Assembly (NCBI GenBank): GCA_028718605.1
Contig: JAQULM010000002.1
Span: forward strand, 321,776 to 385,775
DNA length: 64,000 nt
Origin: Patescibacteria group bacterium
GTDB taxonomy: Bacteria > Patescibacteriota > Patescibacteriia > UBA10025 > JAHIVO01
Reading direction: 5' to 3'
Shown one piece after another: positions 9,378 through 18,794 of the stretch. A program made the position numbers and the translations under genes. The notes beneath the pieces were generated by a model. The model saw nothing but the letters and a program-made list of their open reading frames with translations. It ran no database searches and was not told the origin of the DNA. Each line of letters opens with the position of its first letter. Position 1 is the first letter of the stretch.

Positions 9378-10055
9378 ATGAATAAAACAATTATCAAGGT
9401 TAACCAGCTGAAAAAAACATACGCCCTGACCAAAACGAACCAGGTCCAGGCGCTCCGCGGCATCGACATGGAAGTCCGCGAAGGGGACTTCACCGCCATT
9501 GTCGGACCCTCGGGGTGCGGCAAATCAACGCTCCTCCATATGCTCGGCCTGCTCGATACGCCGGACGAGGGCGCACTGCAGATCGACGGCATCGACACGT
9601 CAAAAATGAAAGAGCACGAGGCGCACATGATCCGCGCCCACAAGATCGGATTCGTATTTCAGGGTTTCAACCTGATCCCGTCACTCACCGCCTTGGAAAA
9701 TGTCATGCTCGCAGGCAAGTACGGCGGCATGAAGTACGGCGAGCGCAAGAAACGCGCGGAGGAACTCCTGAAATCAATGGGCCTTTCGGACCGCATCAAC
9801 CATCGGCCCAATGAAATGTCCGGCGGACAGCAGCAGCGCGTTGCCCTTGCCCGTGCGCTCATGAACAATCCCTCGATCATCCTCGCCGACGAGCCGACTG
9901 GCGAGTTGGATAGCAACACCTCACTCGAAATCATCAACACCCTGAAAAAGCTGAACCAGGAGCGCAACCAGACGTTTGTCATCGTCACGCACAATAACGA
10001 CGTGGCCAATGCCTGCAAGGCTATCCTGCACATGAAAGACGGCCGGAACGCATAA
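9378..10055 (+). CDS. ABC transporter ATP-binding protein, MacB/LolD-like.
   Basis: Walker A GPSGCGKST, ABC signature LSGGQQQRVALARAL, Walker B ILADEPTGELD. Confidence 0.85.
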   Translation: MNKTIIKVNQLKKTYALTKTNQVQALRGIDMEVREGDFTAIVGPSGCGKSTLLHMLGLLDTPDEGALQIDGIDTSKMKEHEAHMIRAHKIGFVFQGFNLIPSLTALENVMLAGKYGGMKYGERKKRAEELLKSMGLSDRINHRPNEMSGGQQQRVALARALMNNPSIILADEPTGELDSNTSLEIINTLKKLNQERNQTFVIVTHNNDVANACKAILHMKDGRNA

Positions 10056-10119
10056 CGTTCCCTCACCGGGTATATTTCGGTGCGGGTACATCGTGGGTGA
10101 ATAAATAACGCATAATAAA

Positions 10120-10148
10120 GGCGGGGTTCCCCCGAAAGAAGCCCCGCC
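10120..10148. terminator. GC-rich hairpin (ggcgggg ... ccccgcc). The U-tract is on the minus-strand side only, so this is a possible bidirectional or minus-oriented terminator.
   Basis: 7-bp perfect inverted repeat. An A-run follows on the plus strand, which is a T-run on the minus strand. Confidence 0.35.
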
Positions 10149-10239
10149 CTGTAAAAAGCAACTACGCCAGTGCCATTCCGCGTAACGGCATTTTAGTATA
10201 CAATGAAGGAAATGTTAGAGGCTCGGTCACAATATTCCT

Positions 10240-10569
10240 ATGGCAAATAGGCTGCTCCCCTTCGCGCTTCTGTTCATTGGCGGTATCATCCTCACCGCTG
10301 GTGATGTCGTGATGAAGCAGTGGGTTGAAACAAACCGGCGCATGCTCTACATCGCTGGCCTCATCATTTACCTGCTCGGAATGATCTTCCTGGCACAAAG
10401 CTTCCGGTATAAAAATATTGCTATCGCCTCGGTCATTTTTGTCTTCTTTAACGTTGCCACACTCCTGCTCGTCAGCTGGCTGTATTTCAAGGAAGGGCTA
10501 ACGCCCGTCCAGCTCGCAGGCGTCGCCCTCGGCCTCGCCTCGGTCGCGATCATGGAGCTCGGGTCATAA
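10240..10569 (+). CDS. Small 4-TM membrane protein, SMR/EamA-like (small multidrug resistance fold).
   Basis: 109 aa with four hydrophobic helices. Confidence 0.5.
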   Translation: MANRLLPFALLFIGGIILTAGDVVMKQWVETNRRMLYIAGLIIYLLGMIFLAQSFRYKNIAIASVIFVFFNVATLLLVSWLYFKEGLTPVQLAGVALGLASVAIMELGS

Positions 10570-10582
10570 TAACTTTCATCTC

Positions 10583-11224
10583 ATGGGAATCACCGAACTA
10601 CTCATCGACAGCTTCAAGGCACTCATCGACAGTGCTGGCTACGTGGGGGTATTTATACTCATGACGCTCGAAAGTATGGTCGCGCCGGTGCCGAGTGAAG
10701 CGGTCATGCCGTTTACCGGCTTCCTCTGGAACGACGGAATGATGTCGTTCTGGATCATCGTGCTCGTAAGCACCGCGGGAAGCATCACCGGCTCGCTGAT
10801 CTCGTATTATATCGGCGCGTATGGCGGCCGTCCGCTCGTACGGAAGTTCGGTAAATTCCTGCTCCTCAATGAACACCACCTTGATAAAACTGAAGCGTTC
10901 TTCCGAAAGTATGGCGATAAAACAATTTTAATAAGCCGCTTTATCCCGATCGTCCGGCACCTGATTTCGATCCCCGCTGGTGTCGGACGGATGAAGCTCG
11001 GAAAATTCGCCGTCTACACAATCGTGGGCGCAAGCCTGTGGAATGCGTTCCTAACTTGGCTTGGCTATACCCTGGGCGACAACTGGGAAATGATCCGGAA
11101 ATACAGCGAAGTGCTGGATATTATTATTATTATCGTAATCGCCGGAGCGGTACTCTACTACATCCGGCGTGTTCTGCAGGCGAGAAACCAGGGCAAAACG
11201 ACAAACTCCTCTGCAAAAACGTAA
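10583..11224 (+). CDS. DedA / VTT-domain membrane protein.
   Basis: FILMTLESMVAPVPSEAVMPFTGFL ... ISRFIPIVRHLISIPAG is typical of DedA. Confidence 0.75.
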   Translation: MGITELLIDSFKALIDSAGYVGVFILMTLESMVAPVPSEAVMPFTGFLWNDGMMSFWIIVLVSTAGSITGSLISYYIGAYGGRPLVRKFGKFLLLNEHHLDKTEAFFRKYGDKTILISRFIPIVRHLISIPAGVGRMKLGKFAVYTIVGASLWNAFLTWLGYTLGDNWEMIRKYSEVLDIIIIIVIAGAVLYYIRRVLQARNQGKTTNSSAKT

Positions 11225-11236
11225 CATACTGGTACT

Positions 11237-11740
11237 GTGAGTAAACTCGACGTTCCATATTATAAACAATCAACGGAATACTCATGCGGGCCTGCGTCAC
11301 TCCGGATGGTGCTGGGCTACTATCACCATGCTGCCAGTGAACGTACGCTCGCACGCGCCGCGAAAACAACAAAGACGTACGGGACAAGCCATGCCGGCAT
11401 GGTCCGCGCTGCACGAGCACTGGGATTGCACTGCGTCACGCACGAGCGCGCAACTGTCGCCGAAGTGAGGAGATACATCACGCACGCAATCCCCGTGATT
11501 ATTAACTACCGCCATGCAGACGGCGAGGGGCACTACGCTGTCGTCGTCGGGCATACGCCATCGTCGCTGCGTATCCACGACCCATACGATAGACGATGCG
11601 ACTCCATTACGCTGCGAATGCTCTCCCAAAGATGGTGGGATGTATATCGCACAAAACGGTCAACCCGCTGGCTCATGGCCATCATGCCTGGAGCACGCAC
11701 GCCAAGGCGCCAGGCCAAACGACACACACATCATCCATAA
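11237..11740 (+). CDS. Peptidase C39-like (papain-fold cysteine peptidase) domain protein. GTG start as in the ORF track.
   Basis: PYYKQSTEYSCGPASLRMVL is the C39_2 signature (catalytic Cys), with a downstream His (GHYAVVVGH). Confidence 0.6.
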   Translation: MSKLDVPYYKQSTEYSCGPASLRMVLGYYHHAASERTLARAAKTTKTYGTSHAGMVRAARALGLHCVTHERATVAEVRRYITHAIPVIINYRHADGEGHYAVVVGHTPSSLRIHDPYDRRCDSITLRMLSQRWWDVYRTKRSTRWLMAIMPGARTPRRQAKRHTHHP

Positions 11741-11763
11741 ATAACTAGTAACCAATAGAAACG

Positions 11764-13083
11764 ATGGAACGAATTAAAACAATCATCATCGGCGCAGCGG
11801 GACGCGACTTCCACAATTTCAATGTCGTGTACCGAGACAATGAAGCGGTAGAAATTATTGCATTTACTGCCGCGCAAATCCCGGGAATCGCGGGCAGAAA
11901 ATACCCTGCTGTACTCGCCGGGAAACTTTACCCGAAGGGCATCCCGATCGAGGACGAAGCGAACCTCGAGGAGCTCATCAAGGAACATGCGATCGATGAA
12001 TGTGTCATGTCATACAGCGACCTGCCCTACAGCACACTGATGCATATTGGGTCGCGCGTCATGGCAGCGGGCGCAAAGTTTTCCATGCTCGGCGCCGACC
12101 AAACCATGATTAAAAGCTCAAAACCGGTTATTGCGGTTGTCGCGGTCCGGACCGGCTGCGGAAAAAGCCAGACGTCACGCGCGATCGTGAAAATGCTGAC
12201 AGCAGCAGGCAAGCGAGTTGTCGCGATCAGGCACCCCATGCCATACGGCGATCTTGCTGAACAGGCGGTACAACGTTTTGCGACGTACGCTGACCTTGAA
12301 AAAAACAAATGCACCATCGAGGAAATGGAAGAATATGAGCCCTATACCGCAATGAATGCCATTATTTACGCGGGCGTGGACTATGGGGCGATCCTCCGCG
12401 AAGCCGAGAAGGAAGCTGATGTTATCCTGTGGGACGGTGGCAATAATGACATGTCGTTCTACAAGCCTGATTTGACAATTACTGTCGCCGATCCCCTCCG
12501 CCCAGGGCACGAGATCGGATACTATCCTGGTGAAGTCAACTTCCGCCTCGCGGACGTGATCATAATTAACAAAATTGATTCTGCGAAACCGGCTGACATC
12601 GCTACCGTGGAGCGGAATGCCGCTGAGCATAACCCCCGCGCCCAAGTGATTAAAGCCCAATCAACGATCACCGTGGACGATGCTGCTCTCATCAAGGGCA
12701 AGCGTGTGCTCGCGGTCGAGGACGGCCCAACGCTCACGCACGGTGAAATGAAAATCGGCGCCGGCATCGTTGCCGCACAGCGCTTTGGTGCGCGCGAACT
12801 CGTTGACCCGCGGCCATACCTGGTCGGCGAACTCAAGACAACGTTTGAACACTATCCGAATATCGGTACGCTCCTCCCTGCGATGGGATATGGAGAACAG
12901 CAGATGCACGACCTTGAAGCGACAATTAACACCGTTGATTGCGATTCGGTCGTGATCGGCACTCCGATCGACCTCGCGAAACACCTCCATCTCACCAAGC
13001 CTTCAACGCGCGTTCGGTACGAATTAGCAGATGACGCAACCAAAACACTCAGTGCCATACTTTCGAAGAAAAACATTCTCTAA
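11764..13083 (+). CDS. COG2403-type P-loop protein (cyclic 2,3-diphosphoglycerate synthetase-like / predicted GTPase).
   Basis: Walker A-like VAVRTGCGKSQTS. The 439-aa length and domain order fit the COG2403 family. Confidence 0.45.
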   Translation: MERIKTIIIGAAGRDFHNFNVVYRDNEAVEIIAFTAAQIPGIAGRKYPAVLAGKLYPKGIPIEDEANLEELIKEHAIDECVMSYSDLPYSTLMHIGSRVMAAGAKFSMLGADQTMIKSSKPVIAVVAVRTGCGKSQTSRAIVKMLTAAGKRVVAIRHPMPYGDLAEQAVQRFATYADLEKNKCTIEEMEEYEPYTAMNAIIYAGVDYGAILREAEKEADVILWDGGNNDMSFYKPDLTITVADPLRPGHEIGYYPGEVNFRLADVIIINKIDSAKPADIATVERNAAEHNPRAQVIKAQSTITVDDAALIKGKRVLAVEDGPTLTHGEMKIGAGIVAAQRFGARELVDPRPYLVGELKTTFEHYPNIGTLLPAMGYGEQQMHDLEATINTVDCDSVVIGTPIDLAKHLHLTKPSTRVRYELADDATKTLSAILSKKNIL

Positions 13084-14332
13084 GAGAAAGCCCAGGATAA
13101 CCGCCGCCTGGAACCAACAGCGGAGCGCTGCTTTCGTCCATGCGCCGTATGGAATTTTGATAGTCCTCCTCGTTGCCTTAGCCATTACCGGCGGGCTGTT
13201 GCTGTATGTAAACGGCGCAAAACAGGCGGCTACGCCCGTGACGACGCCCACACCGGATACGTTCTGCCAACAACATTCCGCTGACGCGTGCCCCACAGCC
13301 TGTGTGGTCTGCCCTCCCTGCCCTGAGTGCAGTTCACTGGGCTGCCATAATGCACAGTACTGTGAAGCTATCGGCTTCTCCCGAGAATGGTCTGACAGCA
13401 TCCAGGAACAAAGGCAGGTCGTAACCCTTACTGCCGTCGGAGACATCATGCTGTCCCGCACCGTTGAGCAGAAAATGATTACGTACAACGACTGGGCATA
13501 CCCATTTCGAGAAACGTATGAGCGCACCTCAGCAACCAATATTACTTTTGGGAATCTTGAAACGCCCCTCATCGAAGGCCCGATCGTGAAATCGGGAACT
13601 ATGGTATTTCGAGCTGATCCAAAAGCTGTCGAGGGCCTGGAGCTCGGTGGATTTGACGTGCTGTCCCTTGCGAATAACCATATCAAGAACCAAGGTGAAA
13701 AAGGGATAACGTCCACGATAGAAACGCTCGACGCGGCGGAAATACTGCACGTCGGCGCCGGAACAGACATCGGGGACGCTCGCAATCCTGCCCGCATCGA
13801 ACGGAACGGCATCACGTTCGGTTTTCTTGCTTGCACCGAGGGCTGGTTCAATCCCGCATCGTACGAAGCAACCGAGGACCGTGCTGGATCCCCGTTCTGT
13901 GACGAATCAACGATCGGCGATGAAGTGAAGCGCCTGAAATCTGACGTCGATGTGGTTATCGTATCCATGCATGCAGGAACAGAGTATACGCTCGCACCAA
14001 GCGACTGGCAATTGCGGTTCGCCCATGCCGCAATCGACAATGGCGCGCAGCTCGTCATCGGACACCACCCGCACGTCGTCGAGCCGATTGAACACTACAA
14101 GGACGGCTATATTTTGTACTCACTCGGTAATTTTGTATTTGACCAAATGTGGTCGGAAGAAACCCGCGAAGGAGCATTCGCAACAATTACGTTCAAGGGG
14201 GATGCAATCATTGACGTTGCGCTCACCCCGGTAATAATTTACGATTACAACCAGCCGCGCATTGCGACTGGTGATGACGCGGAGCGCATTCTGGGCCGGA
14301 TGGAAGATTTTTACATTCTGACGTTTTTGTGA
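13031..14332 (+). CDS. CapA/PgsA-family metallophosphoesterase (poly-gamma-glutamate capsule synthesis protein-like). It has an N-terminal TM anchor and a Cys-rich linker. The start is uncertain, because the ORF overlaps the upstream gene by 53 nt.
   Basis: Motifs GDIMLSR, LANNH, HAGTEY and GHHPHV are typical of the CapA/PGA_cap calcineurin-like fold. Confidence 0.7.
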   Translation: MTQPKHSVPYFRRKTFSKRKPRITAAWNQQRSAAFVHAPYGILIVLLVALAITGGLLLYVNGAKQAATPVTTPTPDTFCQQHSADACPTACVVCPPCPECSSLGCHNAQYCEAIGFSREWSDSIQEQRQVVTLTAVGDIMLSRTVEQKMITYNDWAYPFRETYERTSATNITFGNLETPLIEGPIVKSGTMVFRADPKAVEGLELGGFDVLSLANNHIKNQGEKGITSTIETLDAAEILHVGAGTDIGDARNPARIERNGITFGFLACTEGWFNPASYEATEDRAGSPFCDESTIGDEVKRLKSDVDVVIVSMHAGTEYTLAPSDWQLRFAHAAIDNGAQLVIGHHPHVVEPIEHYKDGYILYSLGNFVFDQMWSEETREGAFATITFKGDAIIDVALTPVIIYDYNQPRIATGDDAERILGRMEDFYILTFL

Positions 14333-14362
14333 TATAATAATTGCACATTTTCTTTCTCGTGT

Positions 14363-15241
14363 ATGACAAAAATTACCAAGGTTGTAATCCCAGCGGCGGG
14401 CTTCGGTACGCGCTTTTTGCCAGTCACAAAAGCGCAACCGAAGGAAATGCTGCCCATTGTAGACAAGCCAGTCATCCAGTACGTGGTTGAAGAGGCAGTC
14501 GCTTCGGGGATCAAGGATATTATCATCGTCACGAGCTGGCAGAAACGCTCGCTCGAGGACCATTTCGATTATTGCCCCGAGCTCGAAAAACAGCTCAAGG
14601 AAGGCGGAAAATACGATAAGCTCAAAGAGGTCCGCCAGATCGCGGAAATGGCTAATTTTATTTATGTACGGCAAAAAGGCCCGTACGGCAATGCGACGCC
14701 CGTCATTGCAGCACATCACGTGATCGGAGATGAACCATTTGCGGTCCTGTGGGGCGACGAATTCATCTACAGCAAGTCTCCCCGCCTCAAACAGCTCCTT
14801 GAAGTCTACGAAACATACGGCCACTCAGTCATCAGCGCGGTGAAAGTTCCGCGGGAAGACGTTTCACGGTACGGCATCGCGAAACTACGCCATAAAAAAA
14901 AGAATATCCACCAAATTCTCGATATTGTTGAAAAGCCGAGCGTCGCTGACGCGCCATCTGATTTGGCGACCCATGGTGGTTACGTTTTCACCCCGAGTAT
15001 TGTCCCCTATCTGAAAAAACTCAAGCCGGGCAAGGGCGGTGAGCTCTGGCTCGTCGATGCGATCCGGGAGCTTATCAAGAAAGAGCCAGTATACGCGTGC
15101 GAAATCAAGAATTGCACATACTACGACACGGGAAATAAACTTGAGTATCTCAAAGCAAATATTGATTTTGCGCTCCAGCGGGCTGATCTCCGCGACCCGC
15201 TGCTTTCGTACCTGAAGCACTGCGTCAAGACAATCAAATAA
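14363..15241 (+). CDS. galU: UTP--glucose-1-phosphate uridylyltransferase.
   Basis: VIPAAGFGTRFLPVTKAQPKEMLPIVDKP... is the canonical GalU N-terminus. Confidence 0.85.
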   Translation: MTKITKVVIPAAGFGTRFLPVTKAQPKEMLPIVDKPVIQYVVEEAVASGIKDIIIVTSWQKRSLEDHFDYCPELEKQLKEGGKYDKLKEVRQIAEMANFIYVRQKGPYGNATPVIAAHHVIGDEPFAVLWGDEFIYSKSPRLKQLLEVYETYGHSVISAVKVPREDVSRYGIAKLRHKKKNIHQILDIVEKPSVADAPSDLATHGGYVFTPSIVPYLKKLKPGKGGELWLVDAIRELIKKEPVYACEIKNCTYYDTGNKLEYLKANIDFALQRADLRDPLLSYLKHCVKTIK

Positions 15242-15244
15242 CAT

Positions 15245-16627
15245 ATGAAGATGCGGCTATCCCACGCTCCCTACGGGCTGTCAAAACTTCTAATCATCGC
15301 GCTGTTTGGCGTCATCGCGCTTATACTCGGCGGCGTTGTGTATACCCTTTTCACGCCGAAGAAAGCATCCCCGCCCGCTGGTGTCACGCTGACAGTCTGG
15401 GGCGTCTGGGACGAATCAACCGACGTCAGCAGCTTATTCAGCTCATACAGCAAAGCACACCCGTACGTAAAGCTCGTCTATACAAAAATTCGGAGCGAAG
15501 AGTACGAGGACAAGCTCCTGAAAGCGTGGGCGACCGACTCGGGCCCTGATATGTACGCGCTGCCCAACTCCTGGATTCACAAATACTCTGAAGATTTTAT
15601 ATCGCCCATGGCAAAAAAGGCTACGGTAGCATATTACGAAACGAAAAAAACTCTCTTTAAAACCGAAACACAATATATCTACCGCACCGAACCCGGCCTT
15701 GCCGCGGATGTGCTCAAGCGAACATACATATCCAACGTCTACGATGACGTCGTCATCAACAACCAGATATACGCGCTTCCGTTTGGAATCAATACGCTCG
15801 TCATGTACTACAACCGGGAACTCCTGAACCAGGCGTTGCTTGCCGAACCTCCGGCATCATGGGAAGAATTCAAGCAAGCAGTGATGAAACTTGCCGTCGT
15901 CGACGACGAACAAAACGTACTTCGTGCCGGCACTGCACTCGGCACGTATGACAATATCCCCCATGCGACTGATCTCGTCACGCTCCTTATGATGCAATTT
16001 GGTACGCAGATGACGACAGGCGGCAAGGTGAGCTTCCAACTTTCTGTCGGCGGAGATGATGTCGCCATCAAGGCGCTCGACTATTACACCGCATACTCTT
16101 CGCCAGAACGTGAAGCGTACACGTGGAATACCCAAATGCCCAACGCCGTTGACTATTTCTGCGATAACCAGCTTGGCTTCATGTTCGGCTACCGATATGA
16201 ACAAACAGCGATCACGAATGCGTGCAAGGGTGTCGATTTCGGCATTGCGGCAGTACCCCAGGTAGACCCGAATTACTCGGTAAATTATGCAAACTACTGG
16301 GCCTACACTGTCTCAAAGAAATCAAAAAATGCTGCCCTGGCGTGGAACTTTCTGCAGTACGTATCAAACTCAAAGCGCGTTGCCAAATATCTAGACGCAA
16401 CAAAGCAAGCGAGTGTTTTAAAATCAGTGCTGGACGAACAGCTGAAGAATCCTGAAACCGCATATCTCGCACAGCAAGCGCTCACGGCAAAGAGCTGGTA
16501 CCGCGGCCGGGATCCGCGCGGCGCCGACGATGCCTTCCAGGCGATGATAGAAGCGATTGTTGAAAATAACCAAACAATTGGCGCTGAACTCCGTAGTGCA
16601 GCTTCAAAAATCCAAAGTACCTATTAA
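15245..16627 (+). CDS. Extracellular solute-binding protein (ABC sugar-binding, family 1-like) with an N-terminal TM/signal anchor.
   Basis: N-terminal hydrophobic helix. The overall SBP_bac_1-like pattern is LTVWGVWDE ... YALPF. Confidence 0.55.
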   Translation: MKMRLSHAPYGLSKLLIIALFGVIALILGGVVYTLFTPKKASPPAGVTLTVWGVWDESTDVSSLFSSYSKAHPYVKLVYTKIRSEEYEDKLLKAWATDSGPDMYALPNSWIHKYSEDFISPMAKKATVAYYETKKTLFKTETQYIYRTEPGLAADVLKRTYISNVYDDVVINNQIYALPFGINTLVMYYNRELLNQALLAEPPASWEEFKQAVMKLAVVDDEQNVLRAGTALGTYDNIPHATDLVTLLMMQFGTQMTTGGKVSFQLSVGGDDVAIKALDYYTAYSSPEREAYTWNTQMPNAVDYFCDNQLGFMFGYRYEQTAITNACKGVDFGIAAVPQVDPNYSVNYANYWAYTVSKKSKNAALAWNFLQYVSNSKRVAKYLDATKQASVLKSVLDEQLKNPETAYLAQQALTAKSWYRGRDPRGADDAFQAMIEAIVENNQTIGAELRSAASKIQSTY

Positions 16628-16631
16628 CAGT

Positions 16632-18314
16632 ATGCGCATAACTCGAAACACCATACTCCAACCAATACTGCTCGCACTCTGCGTGGTCTGTATTGCTTCC
16701 GCCATCCCGTCAGCTGCAAACGCCGCTCAGGCAACCTACCCCGAAGGGTTCAAGATAATCCCTGATTGCGCGCTCGACAAGGGCAACTGCGACCTGGATG
16801 ATTTTGTCCAGCTCTTCGTGAACCTCGCCGGCGTCGCCCTCCGCATCCTGCCGTACCTCGCCATGATCATGATGATCTGGGCTGGTTTCAACCTCATTAT
16901 GGCAGGCGGCAATCCCCAAAAAATCCAGGAAGGCAAGAAGATGATATCATCAATCGTCGTGGGCATGATTATTGTCATCGTCCTTGCGTGGTGCTTCGCG
17001 CATTTCGTCGTTTTTATACTGACCGGCAGCTTCAATATCTTTCCCGGATACGGGAATCCGCTTGAGCGCGAATGGTGGGGCGGCGGCACAACAGGCCAGG
17101 TAGACCCCGAGAAAGGCTGCTGCGTTATCAAGGAAGGCGGGTGCGTGGAGGAAACGCGGGAACAATGCGAATGCCGGCAGAATCCTCTCGTATACATCTG
17201 CCCGGATGGCACCCCCGGTCTGGAACAAGAAACGAATTTCATGGGTGAGGGCGAATACTGCTACTCATTTGAAGCTGCGTGCACGAAATTTAAATACGGT
17301 TGCTGCATACCGAAAGTGCCCAATGCCGCTGATCCCGGATCCGACACGTGTTACGTGCCGGACGATGACGGATGCCTCAAATTTCCGGGCACGACGCACA
17401 ACAGCAACATCTGCGCGGCGCTGACTGACATCTGCGACCCGAGCCTGATCCAGGGCACTCAGGACATTTCACCGGATGCCACCGGATGCTGCGTGAAAGA
17501 TAGTTCATGCGCGGAAACAACCTTCACTGGCTGCACCGGCACATTTAACTACGGAGTCAGCTGCAATAACATCGAGGAATGCAAGCAAGGCTGCTGTGTC
17601 GCCCCGGACGGCTGCATATCCGGAAAAATCGATTGCGCCTACTTCTGGAATGCCTCAAAATGCACTGAACCGCCGAACATCGGCGGTGCGGACAATTGCC
17701 GAGTCGGGTGCTGTATTACCAACAATTCTACAGAATTCAACCAATGCGAAAATAACCAGACAGCCCTCAATTGCAGCCTGGAAGGTGACTCTCAGTTCTT
17801 CTCGGCTACTGATTGCTCAACCATTTCCGTATGCGCGAACGGCTGCTGTCTCCAGTCGTGCACGTCAGGAAGCATTGACGGTTCCTGCGGCGCGTATACT
17901 ACATACCGAAAAAGCACCACCTGCGCCGCCTCACCGGATTGCGTTTTTGGCTGCTGCCTCAAATCAGGCGCTACGCGGTGTGTTGGGAATGTGCTCCAGG
18001 GCAACTGCGTTGCGCCGGACACGTGGATCGGTGCTGGTGCCTGTGACCCTGCCGTGTGTGCAACTGGCTGCTGTGAACTAACTGCTGAAAACTACCGGTG
18101 CGTGGACGAGACTTCAACATATTGGTGCCTTGCACAGCCGGGACATATTTTCTATCTCGGTGACGCCTGCTCAGAGGTCAATAACTGTACCGCAGGTGGG
18201 TATTGTATTTACGGCGGTACGTGCTATCCTTGGGGGTCCCCCCATACGCAGGCTGAGTGCGTAACGGGCCATGGCGGGGTATTTTACCCAGCGCCCGCAA
18301 CGTGCCCCTCATAA
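16632..18314 (+). CDS. T4SS-pilin-like (TrbC/VirB2-like) membrane domain fused to an approx 400-aa cysteine-rich extracellular repeat domain (8 GCC-initiated repeats). The start is at the first ATG after the upstream stop.
   Basis: Residues approx 60-135 (LAGVALRILPYLAMIMMIWAGFNLIMAGGNPQKIQEGKKMISSIVVGMIIVIVLAW) are paralogous to the two downstream small pilin-like proteins. Downstream, GCC recurs 8 times with about 6 Cys per repeat. Confidence 0.6.
   Translation: MRITRNTILQPILLALCVVCIASAIPSAANAAQATYPEGFKIIPDCALDKGNCDLDDFVQLFVNLAGVALRILPYLAMIMMIWAGFNLIMAGGNPQKIQEGKKMISSIVVGMIIVIVLAWCFAHFVVFILTGSFNIFPGYGNPLEREWWGGGTTGQVDPEKGCCVIKEGGCVEETREQCECRQNPLVYICPDGTPGLEQETNFMGEGEYCYSFEAACTKFKYGCCIPKVPNAADPGSDTCYVPDDDGCLKFPGTTHNSNICAALTDICDPSLIQGTQDISPDATGCCVKDSSCAETTFTGCTGTFNYGVSCNNIEECKQGCCVAPDGCISGKIDCAYFWNASKCTEPPNIGGADNCRVGCCITNNSTEFNQCENNQTALNCSLEGDSQFFSATDCSTISVCANGCCLQSCTSGSIDGSCGAYTTYRKSTTCAASPDCVFGCCLKSGATRCVGNVLQGNCVAPDTWIGAGACDPAVCATGCCELTAENYRCVDETSTYWCLAQPGHIFYLGDACSEVNNCTAGGYCIYGGTCYPWGSPHTQAECVTGHGGVFYPAPATCPS
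17115..18311 (+). repeat. Coding repeat array. Eight cysteine-rich modules each begin with Gly-Cys-Cys (ggctgctg / ggttgctg / gggtgctg at 17115, 17299, approx 17487, 17590, 17709, 17842, 17949, 18066).
   Basis: Direct reading of the recurrent GCC motif in the translation and of the ggYtgctg motif in the DNA. Confidence 0.55.
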
Positions 18315-18347
18315 TTATCAAATTTTAAAACATTTCTTGGAACGAAT

Positions 18348-18746
18348 ATGTCAAAAACATTCTTGCTCGGCACTATACTCACGGCCACGGCGGTTATCGC
18401 GCTGACTGCTGTGCTTCCTACCCCATCGACACTTGCCGCCGAAACGGCTGACGCACCGGTGACGCTGCCAAATCCGCTCGGGAAGAAGACTGGCACCGAC
18501 GAGCCGATTAGCATGGTTGATGTCTTGCTTCGCGTCATGCAAATTGCGCTTATGGCTGTGGATGTATTCGCCCTCTTTATGTTCATCCTCGGCGGATTCG
18601 AGATGCTGATTTCGGCTGGTAACCCGAATATGATTAAAAAGGCAAAAGACACGCTCATCTGGGCTACGCTTGGGATACTCGTGATTACATTCAGCTATTC
18701 GATACTCAAATTCGTATTTGAAGAAGTACGCAAGGGTTTCGCATAA
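18348..18746 (+). CDS. T4SS-pilin-like (TrbC/VirB2-like) small membrane protein: signal peptide plus two TM helices.
   Basis: VFALFMFILGGFEMLISAGNPNMIKKAKDTLIWATLGILVI matches the paralog core GGFxxMxAGGNxxKxxxAKKxI. Confidence 0.6.
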   Translation: MSKTFLLGTILTATAVIALTAVLPTPSTLAAETADAPVTLPNPLGKKTGTDEPISMVDVLLRVMQIALMAVDVFALFMFILGGFEMLISAGNPNMIKKAKDTLIWATLGILVITFSYSILKFVFEEVRKGFA

Positions 18747-18752
18747 GTTTGA

Positions 18753-18781
18753 TTGACAAAAACATCAATACGGAGTATAAT
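18753..18781 (+). promoter_or_regulatory. Consensus sigma70 promoter P1: TTGACA, 17 nt, TATAAT.
   Basis: Exact -35 TTGACA (18753-18758), a 17-nt spacer, and exact -10 TATAAT (18776-18781). Confidence 0.6.
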
Positions 18782-18794
18782 AATAACGTTACCA

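Noticed and set aside
10120-10148. Plus-strand intrinsic terminator for the ABC ATPase gene
   Set aside because: The hairpin is real, but it is followed by an A-run rather than a U-run on the plus strand. It is kept only as a strand-ambiguous hairpin.
12027-14058. Antisense ORFs (up to 344 aa) opposite the COG2403 and CapA genes
   Set aside because: The sense-strand genes have strong conserved motifs. The antisense translations are Ser/Arg-rich with no recognisable domains.
16557-16631. ORF-track start of the pilin fusion protein inside the preceding solute-binding gene
   Set aside because: The in-frame extension overlaps the 3' end of 15245..16627. The first ATG after that gene's stop (16632) was taken as the start.
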